Source: an uncultured Chthonomonadaceae bacterium
GTDB lineage: Bacteria; Armatimonadota; Chthonomonadetes; Chthonomonadales; Chthonomonadaceae
DNA: 64,000 nucleotides
NCBI GenBank assembly: GCA_963817895.1
Contig: CAWFQB010000005.1
Coordinates: forward strand, 704,001-768,000
Direction: 5' to 3'
The notes beneath the pieces are model-generated. The model saw only the letters and a list, made by a program, of their open reading frames with translations, ran no database searches and was not told the DNA's origin. Numbering within the stretch: the first letter of the stretch is position 1; every line of letters begins with the position of its first letter. The translations under genes and the position numbers were made by a program. Shown here piece by piece: positions 42,398-52,632 of the stretch.

Positions 42398-43323
42398 GGT
42401 TCAAGACAATCACAGTCCACTGTCAGCGGCAAGGATTGCAAGCGATTCATTTCCGCGATACGTTTGGCGCGGGCGGGGGAACAGGCGCAGGCATAGAACT
42501 TTTCTATGTCCCATAAATCCGCGAACACGCGCCCTCGTTGTAAGTTTAGGCCGTACTCCTGCGCGGATTCGAGAGAACGAAGCGAAGGAGGGGCGAACAT
42601 TCCGGCTTCAGCCAATGCTTCCATTGCGCCATTGCCGCCCCGCGTCGGTATCAGGCAGCAGACGGACGCGCCCGCGTCGAAGGCCACGTCCAGCGAACGC
42701 TTTGCCCATTCCAGCCCCTCCGCCTCACTCATAAACGGCGGGCGAACCAGCAGAAACACGCGCAGGTCTATGCCTTCCTGACGCAGCCACGCGGCTTTCT
42801 GTTGAAAATCCTCTACGGTAAACCGCTTGTTCAAACGCTGCAACACCTGCGGGTGCGCGGTTTCCAGCCCGATAGCCACTTCCAACTTCCCTGCCAATCT
42901 CCTGCGGAACTGTCGGCAGCGTTCGCCGATAAAAGCCGGGTGCGCTTCCACAATCACGCGCTCGAAATGGGTGACAAGGGCGGCGATCTCCTCATCGTCT
43001 TCGGGCGGGATGGCGTTGGGATCGAAGAAACTGCCCGCGTTATAGAGTTTAATCTGGCGGGCGGGCGGCAAACGGTTGAGCGCATGGCGTATCTGCGCGG
43101 CAATCGCGCCTTGTGGTACGGTCGTATCCAGCGTGTTCTGCCACAAATCGCACATCAGGCAACGGAACGGACACTCGCGATTGGTCAGAAACACGGTCGC
43201 GGTCGGCACGAGTTCGCCATTCGCGCCCCATTCCTCTTCCCATAAAAACGCATACGGAACAAGCGCGTCAAGGGCGTTTTTCGGGCCGCGCTGTGCAGTT
43301 ATCCAGCGACTTTCATAGTTCAC
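42376..43323 (-). CDS. Radical SAM enzyme, RaSEA/TIGR01210-like
   Basis: CPFRCLMC; IKLYNAGSFFD; EVAIGLET; no SPASM domain. Confidence 0.85.
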   Translation of the reverse strand: MNYESRWITAQRGPKNALDALVPYAFLWEEEWGANGELVPTATVFLTNRECPFRCLMCDLWQNTLDTTVPQGAIAAQIRHALNRLPPARQIKLYNAGSFFDPNAIPPEDDEEIAALVTHFERVIVEAHPAFIGERCRQFRRRLAGKLEVAIGLETAHPQVLQRLNKRFTVEDFQQKAAWLRQEGIDLRVFLLVRPPFMSEAEGLEWAKRSLDVAFDAGASVCCLIPTRGGNGAMEALAEAGMFAPPSLRSLESAQEYGLNLQRGRVFADLWDIEKFYACACSPARAKRIAEMNRLQSLPLTVDCDCLEPCKQTTI

Positions 43324-44766
43324 TTATTTCGACGCTTCCGCAGGGACGACATTGCCTGATAATCGCTCACTTTCCGGGTTCCAGGCTTCGCGCAGGCGGT
43401 CTTCCCACTGGCGCAGAAACACCTGCCGACACCACGCCTTGCTGACCCGCCAATCCCGGTACGATTCGCCGCCCGCCCCGTCCTGAAAGCGGCGCTTGGG
43501 GTATACGGGCATGTCGATTCCTGTCACTGCGCGAATGCCCGCCTGCACAACCGTTTGTTTTAAGGTATACAGCCGTTCCACGCTGCCGTTCAGAACCGTT
43601 TCAAAGGGAATGGCAAGCGCGGGCGCGATTACGGAACGCATAGTATAGGGGGAAAGCGCGTCAAAGCCGTAGCGCTGCGCGGGCGCGTATGTGCGGACAT
43701 AGGCGCGGGACAGGCCGCCCGAATACGTCAGGCTGTGCTTCATGTTTTCCACGCCCCAGCCCTCCTGATACAGCAGGGGGTTGCGCAGAACGCTTGAGAG
43801 AGTCAGGTCGGAGTCTTCCAGCGGGTAGGATTTCAGGTTCTCGTCGCCGCCGTCGCCGTCCAACAGGTATTTGAGGTTCGGATAGCGTTCGCGGATGGCG
43901 CGGAGCAGGCACAGCGCGACGGCGGCGCACTCTACGTCGAGCGGGTGATAGTCCTCAATGACTCCAATCGCCGCTTCTAAGTCAACATGGCTTGCGGGAA
44001 CCTGTACGCGCTCCCATTGCGCTTCAAGCCCCAGTTCTTTTACAACCATTTCGGCCTGTTGCGCATCCTTGCCGTTGCCAAGATCAAGGGTAAAGGCGCG
44101 GAGCAGATTGGGGTCGCGTCCCAATTCTTTCAGGGCATGATTTGCCAGAATTAAAATTGATGTGCTGTCAATGCCGCCTGAAAAAGCCAGCCCAATTTGT
44201 TCCCCGTCCGGCAGTCCTCCAAGCCAGCGTTTCAGCACGGCATACGCCGCGCCGACATAGTTTGCGCCCGCTTCTTCCAGGTCGGTTGTGCCCTGCCCGA
44301 TGGGGGGCGTAAAAAAGCGGTGGTAGCGGGGCGCGGGGTCGGGGCAGCCGATCTGGTCAATCTCGACAAGATAGTGCGCGGGAACCATGCGCGTGTACAT
44401 CGGGTCGAACTGCCAGCCGATTTTCTGCTCCTGACACCACTGGAACAGGCTGTCTATGCGGTCGGAAACCAGCAGGAACGGACCGTGAAACATCTTCGCC
44501 ACAAAATAGCGCAGGGGAACGCCGATTGTGCGGGCAAGCCGAACTGTCTGCTCACATCGCGCCGTCCCCGCGAAATGCCCGTCCATGCCTGCAAGGGTAG
44601 CTATATCCGCGTTGCGAATAGCCGTTAAAATCGCATCTGAACTGCCTGCTTCCGGCCTTTCAACACTGGACGCCAAAACAGTGTTCGATGCTACATTTGT
44701 ATTATCCTTCAAGGCCGCATGATGCAGGCCGGTCAAATCCACAAGGCGTTCCACCCCCAAAAGCAT
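43324..44766 (-). CDS. Asparagine-synthase-like ATP-dependent ligase lacking the N-terminal catalytic Cys
   Basis: FSGGIDS PP-loop; DGDGGDE; KRRFQDG; GGAGG RBS. Confidence 0.85.
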   Translation of the reverse strand: MLLGVERLVDLTGLHHAALKDNTNVASNTVLASSVERPEAGSSDAILTAIRNADIATLAGMDGHFAGTARCEQTVRLARTIGVPLRYFVAKMFHGPFLLVSDRIDSLFQWCQEQKIGWQFDPMYTRMVPAHYLVEIDQIGCPDPAPRYHRFFTPPIGQGTTDLEEAGANYVGAAYAVLKRWLGGLPDGEQIGLAFSGGIDSTSILILANHALKELGRDPNLLRAFTLDLGNGKDAQQAEMVVKELGLEAQWERVQVPASHVDLEAAIGVIEDYHPLDVECAAVALCLLRAIRERYPNLKYLLDGDGGDENLKSYPLEDSDLTLSSVLRNPLLYQEGWGVENMKHSLTYSGGLSRAYVRTYAPAQRYGFDALSPYTMRSVIAPALAIPFETVLNGSVERLYTLKQTVVQAGIRAVTGIDMPVYPKRRFQDGAGGESYRDWRVSKAWCRQVFLRQWEDRLREAWNPESERLSGNVVPAEASK

Positions 44767-44900
44767 AACACACCTCCCAAAACGATTACCGCGAGTATTC
44801 GTCAATCTATTGGCGGTTTCCTGCTCAACGCGCCGACATAAGCCCACATAGGCGTGTCGCAGTCGCCAGAGATCGAAAATCCCTGTTAAGCTGTGGGGAC

Positions 44901-46298
44901 GTGAACACCTTAAAATTTGAAACGCGCTCCTCGATCCAGCGTCAAAAGGAATTACGAACGGCAGCGGCGAACTGTAGCGGTAGTCAGTCGTTCAGGATAA
45001 AGCAGGAGGCGTCAGTGTCCGCTGTTCCCTCACAAACAAAACGCGCTTCACGGTTTGCCGGTTTGCGCCGCCCGCGCAAATGGGTGTCGCGCCGCGCCGT
45101 TTTGCGTTTCATGGCGTGGGCCTGTCTGCCGACGTTTTGGGTCGGGCTGGTGACATACCGGGGAGTTCAAAAGCGGCAACTGTTTGAAGCGGTGCAGAGC
45201 GGAAGCCCCACGAAAGTGCAACGCCTGTTGCGCTCCGGCATGGACGCCAATACGGTTGTGAATACGCAGATTATTGACAATCACAATCCGCTGATGATGC
45301 TATGGTGGTGGGGTACGCGCTGGTCCGACAAAGAGGAGGACACCAACTGCGCGCCGATTCTGGTCAGCGCGGCGCAAAAGGGGGATCGGGACATTGTGAC
45401 CCTGCTGCTGGACGCGGGCGCGAAAGTCAATGCCAAAGACCCGTCCGGCGCAACGCCCCTGATGGCCGCCTGCGAAGTTGGGAAGCCTCAAATAGCGGAA
45501 CTGCTGCTGGCGCGGGGGGCGCATCCCAACGCCGCCGATAACAACGGCGAAACCGCGCTGATGAACGCGGTCACGTTTCCCAAAGTGGTCAAATTACTGC
45601 TGACGCATGGCGCAAAGGTCAATGTTCGCGACATTGAGGGGCGTACCGCGCTGTCAAGAGCCTGCTCGAACGGCCAGATGACAGTCGCGCGGCTTCTGGT
45701 GGATGCGGGGGCGGATGTCAACCCGCAGCGCGTGGGCGATGATACGCCGTTGCGCAATGCGGCAGGGCAAAACAGCGTCAAGCTGGTACGCCTGCTGTTG
45801 GAACATGGGGCCGATGTGCAACGCGCCGAAGAAAACGGCCTGACGCCCCTGATGGCGGCAAACAACGCCGAAATCGCGCGGCTGCTGCTGGCGCATGGCG
45901 CGAACGTGAACGCTGTTTCCAAAGTCGGCGATACGCCTCTGATGATGACGGCCACCATTGATGACGGGCGCCTGGCTGCCGCGCTGCTGGCGCGGGGGGC
46001 GCGGCTTGAGGACGTGGACAAGGACGGCGATACCGCCCTGTTCTGGGCCGTGAGCAGTCACACGCGCAAATATGCGCGGGGATTGTTGGAAGCGGGCGCG
46101 AATGTCAACGCGCAAAACAGAGTCGGCGATACGCCCCTGCTGAAAGCCGAAGCCGAAGGCGACATGGGAATGGGCGCGCTGCTGTTGCAGCATGGCGCAA
46201 ACGCCGCTCTGGTCAACAAAGCCGGCCACTCGGCGCAGGCATGGGTGGCAACGCTTCCCGTTCCTCCACTTGTGGCGTCCAAAACAGCCGGGCATTGA
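44901..46298 (+). CDS. Membrane-anchored ankyrin-repeat protein (start uncertain)
   Basis: Multiple G.TPL..A...LL..GA.VN repeats after an N-terminal TM helix. Confidence 0.9.
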   Translation: MNTLKFETRSSIQRQKELRTAAANCSGSQSFRIKQEASVSAVPSQTKRASRFAGLRRPRKWVSRRAVLRFMAWACLPTFWVGLVTYRGVQKRQLFEAVQSGSPTKVQRLLRSGMDANTVVNTQIIDNHNPLMMLWWWGTRWSDKEEDTNCAPILVSAAQKGDRDIVTLLLDAGAKVNAKDPSGATPLMAACEVGKPQIAELLLARGAHPNAADNNGETALMNAVTFPKVVKLLLTHGAKVNVRDIEGRTALSRACSNGQMTVARLLVDAGADVNPQRVGDDTPLRNAAGQNSVKLVRLLLEHGADVQRAEENGLTPLMAANNAEIARLLLAHGANVNAVSKVGDTPLMMTATIDDGRLAAALLARGARLEDVDKDGDTALFWAVSSHTRKYARGLLEAGANVNAQNRVGDTPLLKAEAEGDMGMGALLLQHGANAALVNKAGHSAQAWVATLPVPPLVASKTAGH

Positions 46299-46369
46299 AA
46301 ATCCCGTTCGAGTGGCGTTCCGCGTAGGGACATAACTTGTTATGTCCCTACGGACGTAATCTCTGAATA

Positions 46370-47513
46370 ACTCACCTTACGCAGGCGAGCAGTTTGTAGT
46401 CACAGATTTGCTGTTGTTGACGGTAGAATAGTGTCATGGACAAACAACTTCTGGACCTTTACTCAGACTATCTCCTTTGTTCGTTCGGCCTGACTACCGC
46501 GACGGGCCTTTCCACCCTGCTCGACGGCGCGATTAGCCACGACAAGATCACGCGGTTCTTGTCAGGACGTGACTTCACTTCTTCGGACCTGTGGCATCTG
46601 GTCAAACCCTTGGTACGGCAGGTACAATGTGAAGACGCAGTTCTGGTCTTCGATGACAGCATCGAAGAAAAACTCTATACGGATGAAAGCGAACTCATTT
46701 GCTGGCATTGGGATCATTGCTTCAACCGCAACGTGAAGGGCATCAACATTCTGACCTGTTTGTATCGCGCGCCCACTGCCGCTCTGCCCGTTGCCTTCGA
46801 GTTGATCCAAAAGTCGGCTTGGGAAACGCATAAGAAGACGGGCAAACCCAAGCGAGTGTGTCCCAAGACCAAGAACGAATACCTGCGCGAGATGGTGGCG
46901 CAATGTCAGAAGAACCAATTGCCTTTTCGCTATGTCCTGGCCGACGCTTGGTTCAGCGCGGCAGAAACGATGATGCACCTCAAAAACGAAGGCAAAACCG
47001 ACTTTATCTTCCCGATTAAGGCCAACCGCAAGGTGGCTTTGTCCCAGGAAGACAAGTTGGCAGGCCGCTATATGCCCGTATCCTCGCTTTGCTGCGAAGC
47101 GGACGCCGTATTGAACATCTGGCTGGAGGGGGTAAACTTCCCCCTTCTGCTGTGTAAGCAGGTCTTTACAAACAAGGACGGCAGCCAGGGCGTTCTCTAT
47201 CTCGTGACGAGTGACACGACGTTAAGCGGTTGCGACATCCAGACGATCTACCAAAAACGGTGGAAAGTGGAAGAGTATCACAAATCGGTCAAGAGCAATG
47301 CGAGTTTCGCCAAGTCGCCGACCAAAACTATTCGGACCCAGAGCAACCATATCTTCGCCTGTTTATGGGCGTATGTGAAGTTGGAAAGTCTGCGTTTGCA
47401 GACGCGCTTGAACCATTTTGCGATGAAAGGCAGGCTCTACAAAGCGGCCCTTGCCAGCGCCTACCGCGAACTACAACTGCTCAAAGGCATGAGTGCGCCT
47501 GCGTAAGGTGAGT
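46370..47513 (+). mobile_element. Complete IS701-like insertion sequence (1144 bp)
   Basis: Perfect 18-bp TIR ACTCACCTTACGCAGGCG; flanking GAATA direct repeat (or TGAATAA if the ends are one base further in). Confidence 0.93.
46436..47506 (+). CDS. DDE transposase (IS701/IS4-like)
   Basis: VFDDS, LADAWF, YQKRWKVEEYHKSVK. Confidence 0.93.
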   Translation: MDKQLLDLYSDYLLCSFGLTTATGLSTLLDGAISHDKITRFLSGRDFTSSDLWHLVKPLVRQVQCEDAVLVFDDSIEEKLYTDESELICWHWDHCFNRNVKGINILTCLYRAPTAALPVAFELIQKSAWETHKKTGKPKRVCPKTKNEYLREMVAQCQKNQLPFRYVLADAWFSAAETMMHLKNEGKTDFIFPIKANRKVALSQEDKLAGRYMPVSSLCCEADAVLNIWLEGVNFPLLLCKQVFTNKDGSQGVLYLVTSDTTLSGCDIQTIYQKRWKVEEYHKSVKSNASFAKSPTKTIRTQSNHIFACLWAYVKLESLRLQTRLNHFAMKGRLYKAALASAYRELQLLKGMSAPA

Positions 47514-47547
47514 GAATAAGCATCTGCGTCCGTAGGAGGACATAACA

Positions 47548-48513
47548 TTGCGAAAACCAAACGGGCGTTTCTGGAAAAATATGCTGCTGCTGCTGCTCGC
47601 GGCTGGCCTGCTGACGCTGCTATTGGGCTGGCAGAGCTGGAATATCGTTCGGCAGTCGCGTCTGGATTATGGCCTGATTGTGGCTGTGCGCGACGGCGAT
47701 CCGGCACGGGTTACGCAATTACTGACGGAGGGAGCCGACCCGAACGCCCGCGATTTGGAAGCGCAAAAACACACGCCCCGGCAGATTCTGAAAATCTTCA
47801 TGGATCGCCTGCTCCGCCACCCCGCTCCCGTTCCGCGCAAACCAACCGCCCTGATTCTCGCCGCCGAGCATCCGCATCCAGACATCACGCGCGCCCTGTT
47901 GCAAGCGGGCGCGCGCCCGGATTATACCGATGGCGAGAGCCGGACGGCGATTATAGCGGCGGCCTACTGCGGCGAAGCGGGCAACATCAAAGAATTGATT
48001 GAGGGCAAGGCAAACATTGACGCGCTGGATGATAAAGGCCGCTCCGCGCTGATGGGCGCGTCCGTGTGCGGCTACGCGCCTGCGGTAAGCGTACTGTTAG
48101 AGCATGGCGCAAACCCAAACGTTCAGACGGTTTTTGGGCGGACATCGCTGATGTGGGCGGCGGGCTTCCATTTCCCCGTTGTGGTTCGCCTGCTGCTGAA
48201 CCACAAGGCGGATGTGAACGCGCGGGACAAGGAGGGCAAGTCCGCCCTGATGTACGCGCTCGGCGATGGCGCGGCGAACATTGCCCTGCCGCCCTCTCCC
48301 AAGTTTTACCCGACAACCGGCGCTCCGTATACGGGAGGCCCCGGACGCAACAATGCGGAGCCGAATGTTCACGACTGCGTAGCCCTGCTGCTGCTCAACG
48401 GCGCGGACCCGAACACGCGGGACAACGCGGGGCTTTCCGCCGCAAAGCAGGCCGCCGCCGAAGGCTACCCTGACCTGATTGACGCGCTTGCAAAGGCCGG
48501 GGCAAAACCGTGA
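47548..48513 (+). CDS. Secreted or membrane-anchored ankyrin-repeat protein
   Basis: N-terminal hydrophobic helix; repeated G..ALM.A...LL..GA.PN. Confidence 0.88.
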   Translation: MRKPNGRFWKNMLLLLLAAGLLTLLLGWQSWNIVRQSRLDYGLIVAVRDGDPARVTQLLTEGADPNARDLEAQKHTPRQILKIFMDRLLRHPAPVPRKPTALILAAEHPHPDITRALLQAGARPDYTDGESRTAIIAAAYCGEAGNIKELIEGKANIDALDDKGRSALMGASVCGYAPAVSVLLEHGANPNVQTVFGRTSLMWAAGFHFPVVVRLLLNHKADVNARDKEGKSALMYALGDGAANIALPPSPKFYPTTGAPYTGGPGRNNAEPNVHDCVALLLLNGADPNTRDNAGLSAAKQAAAEGYPDLIDALAKAGAKP

Positions 48514-49613
48514 TGTGGGAAGAACAAATTTCCAACCCGCAAAATCAAGAGGAACCAACCCGGCGCGAAAACGGCCTGCGAACCCTGCTGCTGCGCGTGG
48601 ATGCGCAATCGCCCGACGCGGCTGTAATCGAGCAGGCGGCGGAAATTTTGCGCGGTGGCGGGTTGGTGGCGTTTCCAACTGAAACCGTGTACGGGTTAGG
48701 CGCGAACGCATGGGACGCGCAGGCGGTTGCGGGCATTTACGCCGCCAAAGGCCGACCGTCCAATAACCCGTTAATCCTGCATGTGGCGAATGTGGAAGCG
48801 GCGCGGCAACTCGTGACCGAATGGCCGGAAACCGCCGCCCGCCTTGCCGAACGGTTCTGGCCCGGTCCGCTGACCCTTGTATTGCCGAAAAATCCCAATT
48901 TGCCGGACAATGTGACCGGGGGCGGGCCGACTGTCGGGGTTCGCGTACCGGCGCATCCGGTCGCCCTTGCCCTGCTGCGCAGTTGCGGCTTGCCCATTGC
49001 CGCGCCGAGCGCGAATTTGTCGGAACAATTGTCACCTACCCGTGCCGAACACGTTATGGAGGGATTGAACGGGCGTATTCACGCGATTTTGGATGGCGGC
49101 GCGACAACCGGCGGGCTGGAATCCACCGTGCTGAACCTGACGACAAAGTACCCGACGCTGCTGCGTCCCGGCCTGATTACGCCCGCCCAACTGGAAGCGG
49201 TTGTCGGCCCGATCAAGCGGCGCGTAACTCCGGCGGGGACTGCCGACGCCAACGCGCCCCTGCCCGCGCCCGGATTGCTTGCCCGCCACTACGCGCCCCG
49301 CGCCCCGCTGGAAATGAACTATGGCATTGGCTTGCACCGGGTAAAGGCTCTGCTGGACGCGGGGGAAGTGGTTGGCTGGCTCTGCCATGCCGCCGCCGGT
49401 CTGCTGGATTATCGGCGCAAGCATGGCGAAGTTTTTCCGAACTTGTATGCCCTGCAAATGCCTGACGATCCCGAAGCCTACGCCGCCCTCCTGTATGACC
49501 GGCTGCACGAGTTGGATAATCTGGGCGTCACCCGTATCATTGTAGATGCCGTCCCCAACACGGAAGTTTGGCTCGCTATTCGGGATCGTTTGCAGCGGGC
49601 GACGGCAAAATAG
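48510..49613 (+). CDS. sua5: L-threonylcarbamoyladenylate synthase (Sua5 type)
   Basis: VAFPTETVYGL, KGRPSNNPLI, WPGPLT, APSAN, PGLLARHYAP. Confidence 0.95.
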   Translation: MMWEEQISNPQNQEEPTRRENGLRTLLLRVDAQSPDAAVIEQAAEILRGGGLVAFPTETVYGLGANAWDAQAVAGIYAAKGRPSNNPLILHVANVEAARQLVTEWPETAARLAERFWPGPLTLVLPKNPNLPDNVTGGGPTVGVRVPAHPVALALLRSCGLPIAAPSANLSEQLSPTRAEHVMEGLNGRIHAILDGGATTGGLESTVLNLTTKYPTLLRPGLITPAQLEAVVGPIKRRVTPAGTADANAPLPAPGLLARHYAPRAPLEMNYGIGLHRVKALLDAGEVVGWLCHAAAGLLDYRRKHGEVFPNLYALQMPDDPEAYAALLYDRLHELDNLGVTRIIVDAVPNTEVWLAIRDRLQRATAK

Positions 49614-49661
49614 CCCTCACCCCTGCCCCTCTCCCAAAAAAGCCTGGGAGAGGGGAGACTG

Positions 49662-50423
49662 GTGATTATTCATTTGCCTGAACAGTTACAAAGGAGAACA
49701 GTTTTGAAATATCAGCGTGGAATTTTGACGGGAATGTTGGCAGTGGCGAGTATTGGTTTGTTCGGGTTGGGATATACGCAGGACGCGCCGACACACGCGC
49801 CCCTGCCCGCGTGGAAGCCACAACCCAAACTGATGCGCTATCTGTCTTCGCTGACCCGGTTTAGCGGCTATGCGATTCAGCCGCCGCGCGGGTACGCCAT
49901 GCAGCAGGCGCAACGGACGGGGTTCGCGGTGTGTGGCTGGCAGGGCGAGGGGCGAAACGGCGTTACGCCGGGGCTGCTGATGACAATAGGGCCGGTTCCG
50001 GTTCGCGGCAGCAAAAAACCAACGCCGGAACAACTGCTGACGGCTTCACTGGACGCGCAAAAACGCCGCTATGTGGATTGGACACAGACAGACTTCGAGC
50101 GGGGGCAGATCAACGGCGTGGTGTTCGCGCGCGCCTACTGGACAGCGACACAGCCGCAGGCCAAACACAAACTGCGCGGCGTGACATACTTTGCTGTGGA
50201 TGGGGGAATAGCGATACAACTGACCGGTCAGGACGCGGCAGGGAACGGCAAACCTGTTGGAAATACGGACGCGGGAACCCGCCCCGATGCCGGAAGTGAA
50301 GACCCCGACGCGAACAGCGACGATACGACGCCCAATGGTATAGACCGGCTGCAACTGGTGGAAACCGCCATGCAAACGTTTCATCGCGTTGGCGGCTTCA
50401 AGCCGTCCGCGCCTGGATATTGA
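49662..50423 (+). CDS. Secreted hypothetical protein (start probably slightly downstream)
   Basis: Signal-like segment; codon pattern like neighbouring genes. Confidence 0.65.
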   Translation: MIIHLPEQLQRRTVLKYQRGILTGMLAVASIGLFGLGYTQDAPTHAPLPAWKPQPKLMRYLSSLTRFSGYAIQPPRGYAMQQAQRTGFAVCGWQGEGRNGVTPGLLMTIGPVPVRGSKKPTPEQLLTASLDAQKRRYVDWTQTDFERGQINGVVFARAYWTATQPQAKHKLRGVTYFAVDGGIAIQLTGQDAAGNGKPVGNTDAGTRPDAGSEDPDANSDDTTPNGIDRLQLVETAMQTFHRVGGFKPSAPGY

Positions 50424-50476
50424 GCAAAAGCAACTATTCACCACCAAGACGCCAAGAACACCAAGAAGAATGAGAA

Positions 50477-52330
50477 TCAGCAGTCACCAGCCACTTCATG
50501 CGTCCCCGACAGGCGGATTTCCTGCGCTTGAAGTTGCGCGCTGAGATAACCGTCATGGGTGTCGCAGGTGAGATGGGCGGCGACATCTACGCGACAGGCG
50601 ACGGGGTAACGCGAGGCATCCGCGCCCTGTCCCCATGCCATGATGGTGAGCGTGTTGGAACCTGTGTCATCGCGCAGAAACAGTTTGAGATGTTCGCCCT
50701 TTTTCACGGTTTGCGCCCGAACCACCTGTAAATTGCGCAGCAGCAGCAGGGGTTGCGTTCGGTCTTCGCGGAACGGGGCCAGATGCGCCAGTGTCCGCAA
50801 CGTTTCCAGCGACACATCGTTCGCGTCGAACTCGCCGTCGAAATCCAGAGTGGGCGGCGCGATAGTTTTGCCTTCCGCTTCCGCCTGCGCCGCCTGTTCC
50901 CACCGATACGCCAGAACGCGGGCGTCAAGGCGTTCTGCCAGCAGGGTCAGGTTTTCCGCCGTTAGCGCAAACCCCGCCGCGAACTGATGGCCGCCGCAGC
51001 GTGTCAGCAGCTCTTTACATTCCGGGGATTTCAGCGCGGACAGGACAGGAAAACTGCGGGGCGAACGGCAGGAACCTGTTACGGTTCCATCCGGGCAGAT
51101 ACGGGCGGCAAGCGCGGGACGCCCCAACTTTTCCGCCAGTTCGGAGGCGAGGGGGCCGAGCAGTCCGGGCTTCCAATCCGGGGACGCGACCACAACCACG
51201 CCGTCACGCAGAATGGCCGTTCCCCCGACGGATGTTTCCCCCGCTAAAAGCGCAAGCGCTTCGGCCTCCGTTTGCGCCAGCAGCAGTTTGCGCTGCCGGT
51301 TGAAACCCTCCACACGCGCCGCGCCCTGCCGCGCTTCGGTCTCTTCCAATGCCAACAATAAATCCAGCGCGTAGTGTGGATCGTCCACGCGACCGGGCGC
51401 GTTCAGGCGCGGCCCGATCTGAAACGCGATACTCGCGCTCGAAAGCAGGGTGGAATCCAGGATGCCGGACGTTTGCAGCAGGGCGCGCAGGCCAAGTTTT
51501 TGCGTCTGGCGCAGTTGTTCCAGCCCCAGTTGCACCAGAACGCGGTTCTCGTCCACAAGCGGGGCCATGTCTACAATCGTGCCAAGCGCGACGAATTCCA
51601 GCAGCCGGTTGCGAACATTGGCTAAGGGCAGTTTGCGCCGTTCGCACAGCGCCAGCATGGTCTTGAACGCCACCCCCACACCGGACAACCCGCGAAACGG
51701 ATATACGGAATCGGCGCGATTGGGGTTGACAATTGCCACGCAGGAGGGGAGTTTAGCCTCCGGTTCCGGTTCGTGATGATCGGTGACAATGATGTCAATT
51801 CCCGCTTCGCGGGCGGCGTTCACGGCCTGATGCGCGTCCGTGCCGCAGTCAACGGACACCAGCAGCGTCGCGGCTTGCTGCTTTGCCCGCTCGACGGACT
51901 CGACTTGCAGGCCGTAGCCATCATGCAGACGGTGCGGCAAATAGCGCGTCACCGTTGCGCCCAACTTTCGCAACGCATAAACAACTACAGCCGTCGCGGT
52001 CACGCCATCGGCATCGTAATCGCCATGTACGTGAATGGTTTCGCTGTTGTCTATGGCGCGGTTCAGGCGTTCCACTGCCGCTCTCATATCGGGCAGCAGC
52101 CAGGGACTATGCAGCGCGTCGGCGTCCGGGCAGTTGAACGCCTGAACCTTTTCCGCCGTATCCAACCCAAGCCGCAGATACAATCCCGCAACGCCCGCTG
52201 ACACGTTCAGAGCGTCCGCCAATGCTTTGGCCTGCGTCGTATCCACAGGCGCAATCCGCCATTGTATTTGCGCGTCCCTGTTGTCGGCCCTATCGTCCGT
52301 CGGCAAAAAAATCGTTTTATTCATGTCCAT
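50477..52330 (-). CDS. recJ: Single-stranded-DNA exonuclease RecJ
   Basis: GDYDADG, VDCG, TDHH, GTIVD, PRLNA, GGHQFAAG. Confidence 0.95.
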   Translation of the reverse strand: MDMNKTIFLPTDDRADNRDAQIQWRIAPVDTTQAKALADALNVSAGVAGLYLRLGLDTAEKVQAFNCPDADALHSPWLLPDMRAAVERLNRAIDNSETIHVHGDYDADGVTATAVVVYALRKLGATVTRYLPHRLHDGYGLQVESVERAKQQAATLLVSVDCGTDAHQAVNAAREAGIDIIVTDHHEPEPEAKLPSCVAIVNPNRADSVYPFRGLSGVGVAFKTMLALCERRKLPLANVRNRLLEFVALGTIVDMAPLVDENRVLVQLGLEQLRQTQKLGLRALLQTSGILDSTLLSSASIAFQIGPRLNAPGRVDDPHYALDLLLALEETEARQGAARVEGFNRQRKLLLAQTEAEALALLAGETSVGGTAILRDGVVVVASPDWKPGLLGPLASELAEKLGRPALAARICPDGTVTGSCRSPRSFPVLSALKSPECKELLTRCGGHQFAAGFALTAENLTLLAERLDARVLAYRWEQAAQAEAEGKTIAPPTLDFDGEFDANDVSLETLRTLAHLAPFREDRTQPLLLLRNLQVVRAQTVKKGEHLKLFLRDDTGSNTLTIMAWGQGADASRYPVACRVDVAAHLTCDTHDGYLSAQLQAQEIRLSGTHEVAGDC

Positions 52331-52424
52331 GCGCGTCCTGCCAGTAAGAATAGAGTGGTTACTATGTCTACTACATTCTTACGCGATAAAGCGGAAAGAC
52401 GGCGGCGAGAATGGGATGAATACA

Positions 52425-52602
52425 CAATCGGATGAACAGGAGGCGGGACAACGGAGTAAACCAATTTGAGCGCAACAGAATGAACCAGGTCGAGCGCAAC
52501 GGAATAAATTGTTGCTGACCTTTCCCGCCTTGCCTGTGTCGCGCAGAGCAGCAACGGGAGGTCTGCAACGAGAATTGGACAGCAACAATTTATTCCGTTG
52601 CG
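52425..52602. repeat. Four degenerate 24-bp-period direct repeats ending in a perfect 23-bp inverted repeat
   Basis: CAA-led units at 52425, 52449, 52473 and 52497; 52495-52517 pairs with 52580-52602. Confidence 0.75.
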
Positions 52603-52632
52603 TAACACAAACACTGCGCAGACGCTTTGCTG

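Noticed and set aside
43324..44766. Lasso peptide cyclase cluster
   Set aside because: No B1/B2 (RRE or transglutaminase-like protease) genes or precursor peptide are nearby.
52425..52602. Possible mini-CRISPR
   Set aside because: The 24-bp period is too short for repeat plus spacer, the units are degenerate, and no cas genes are in the window.
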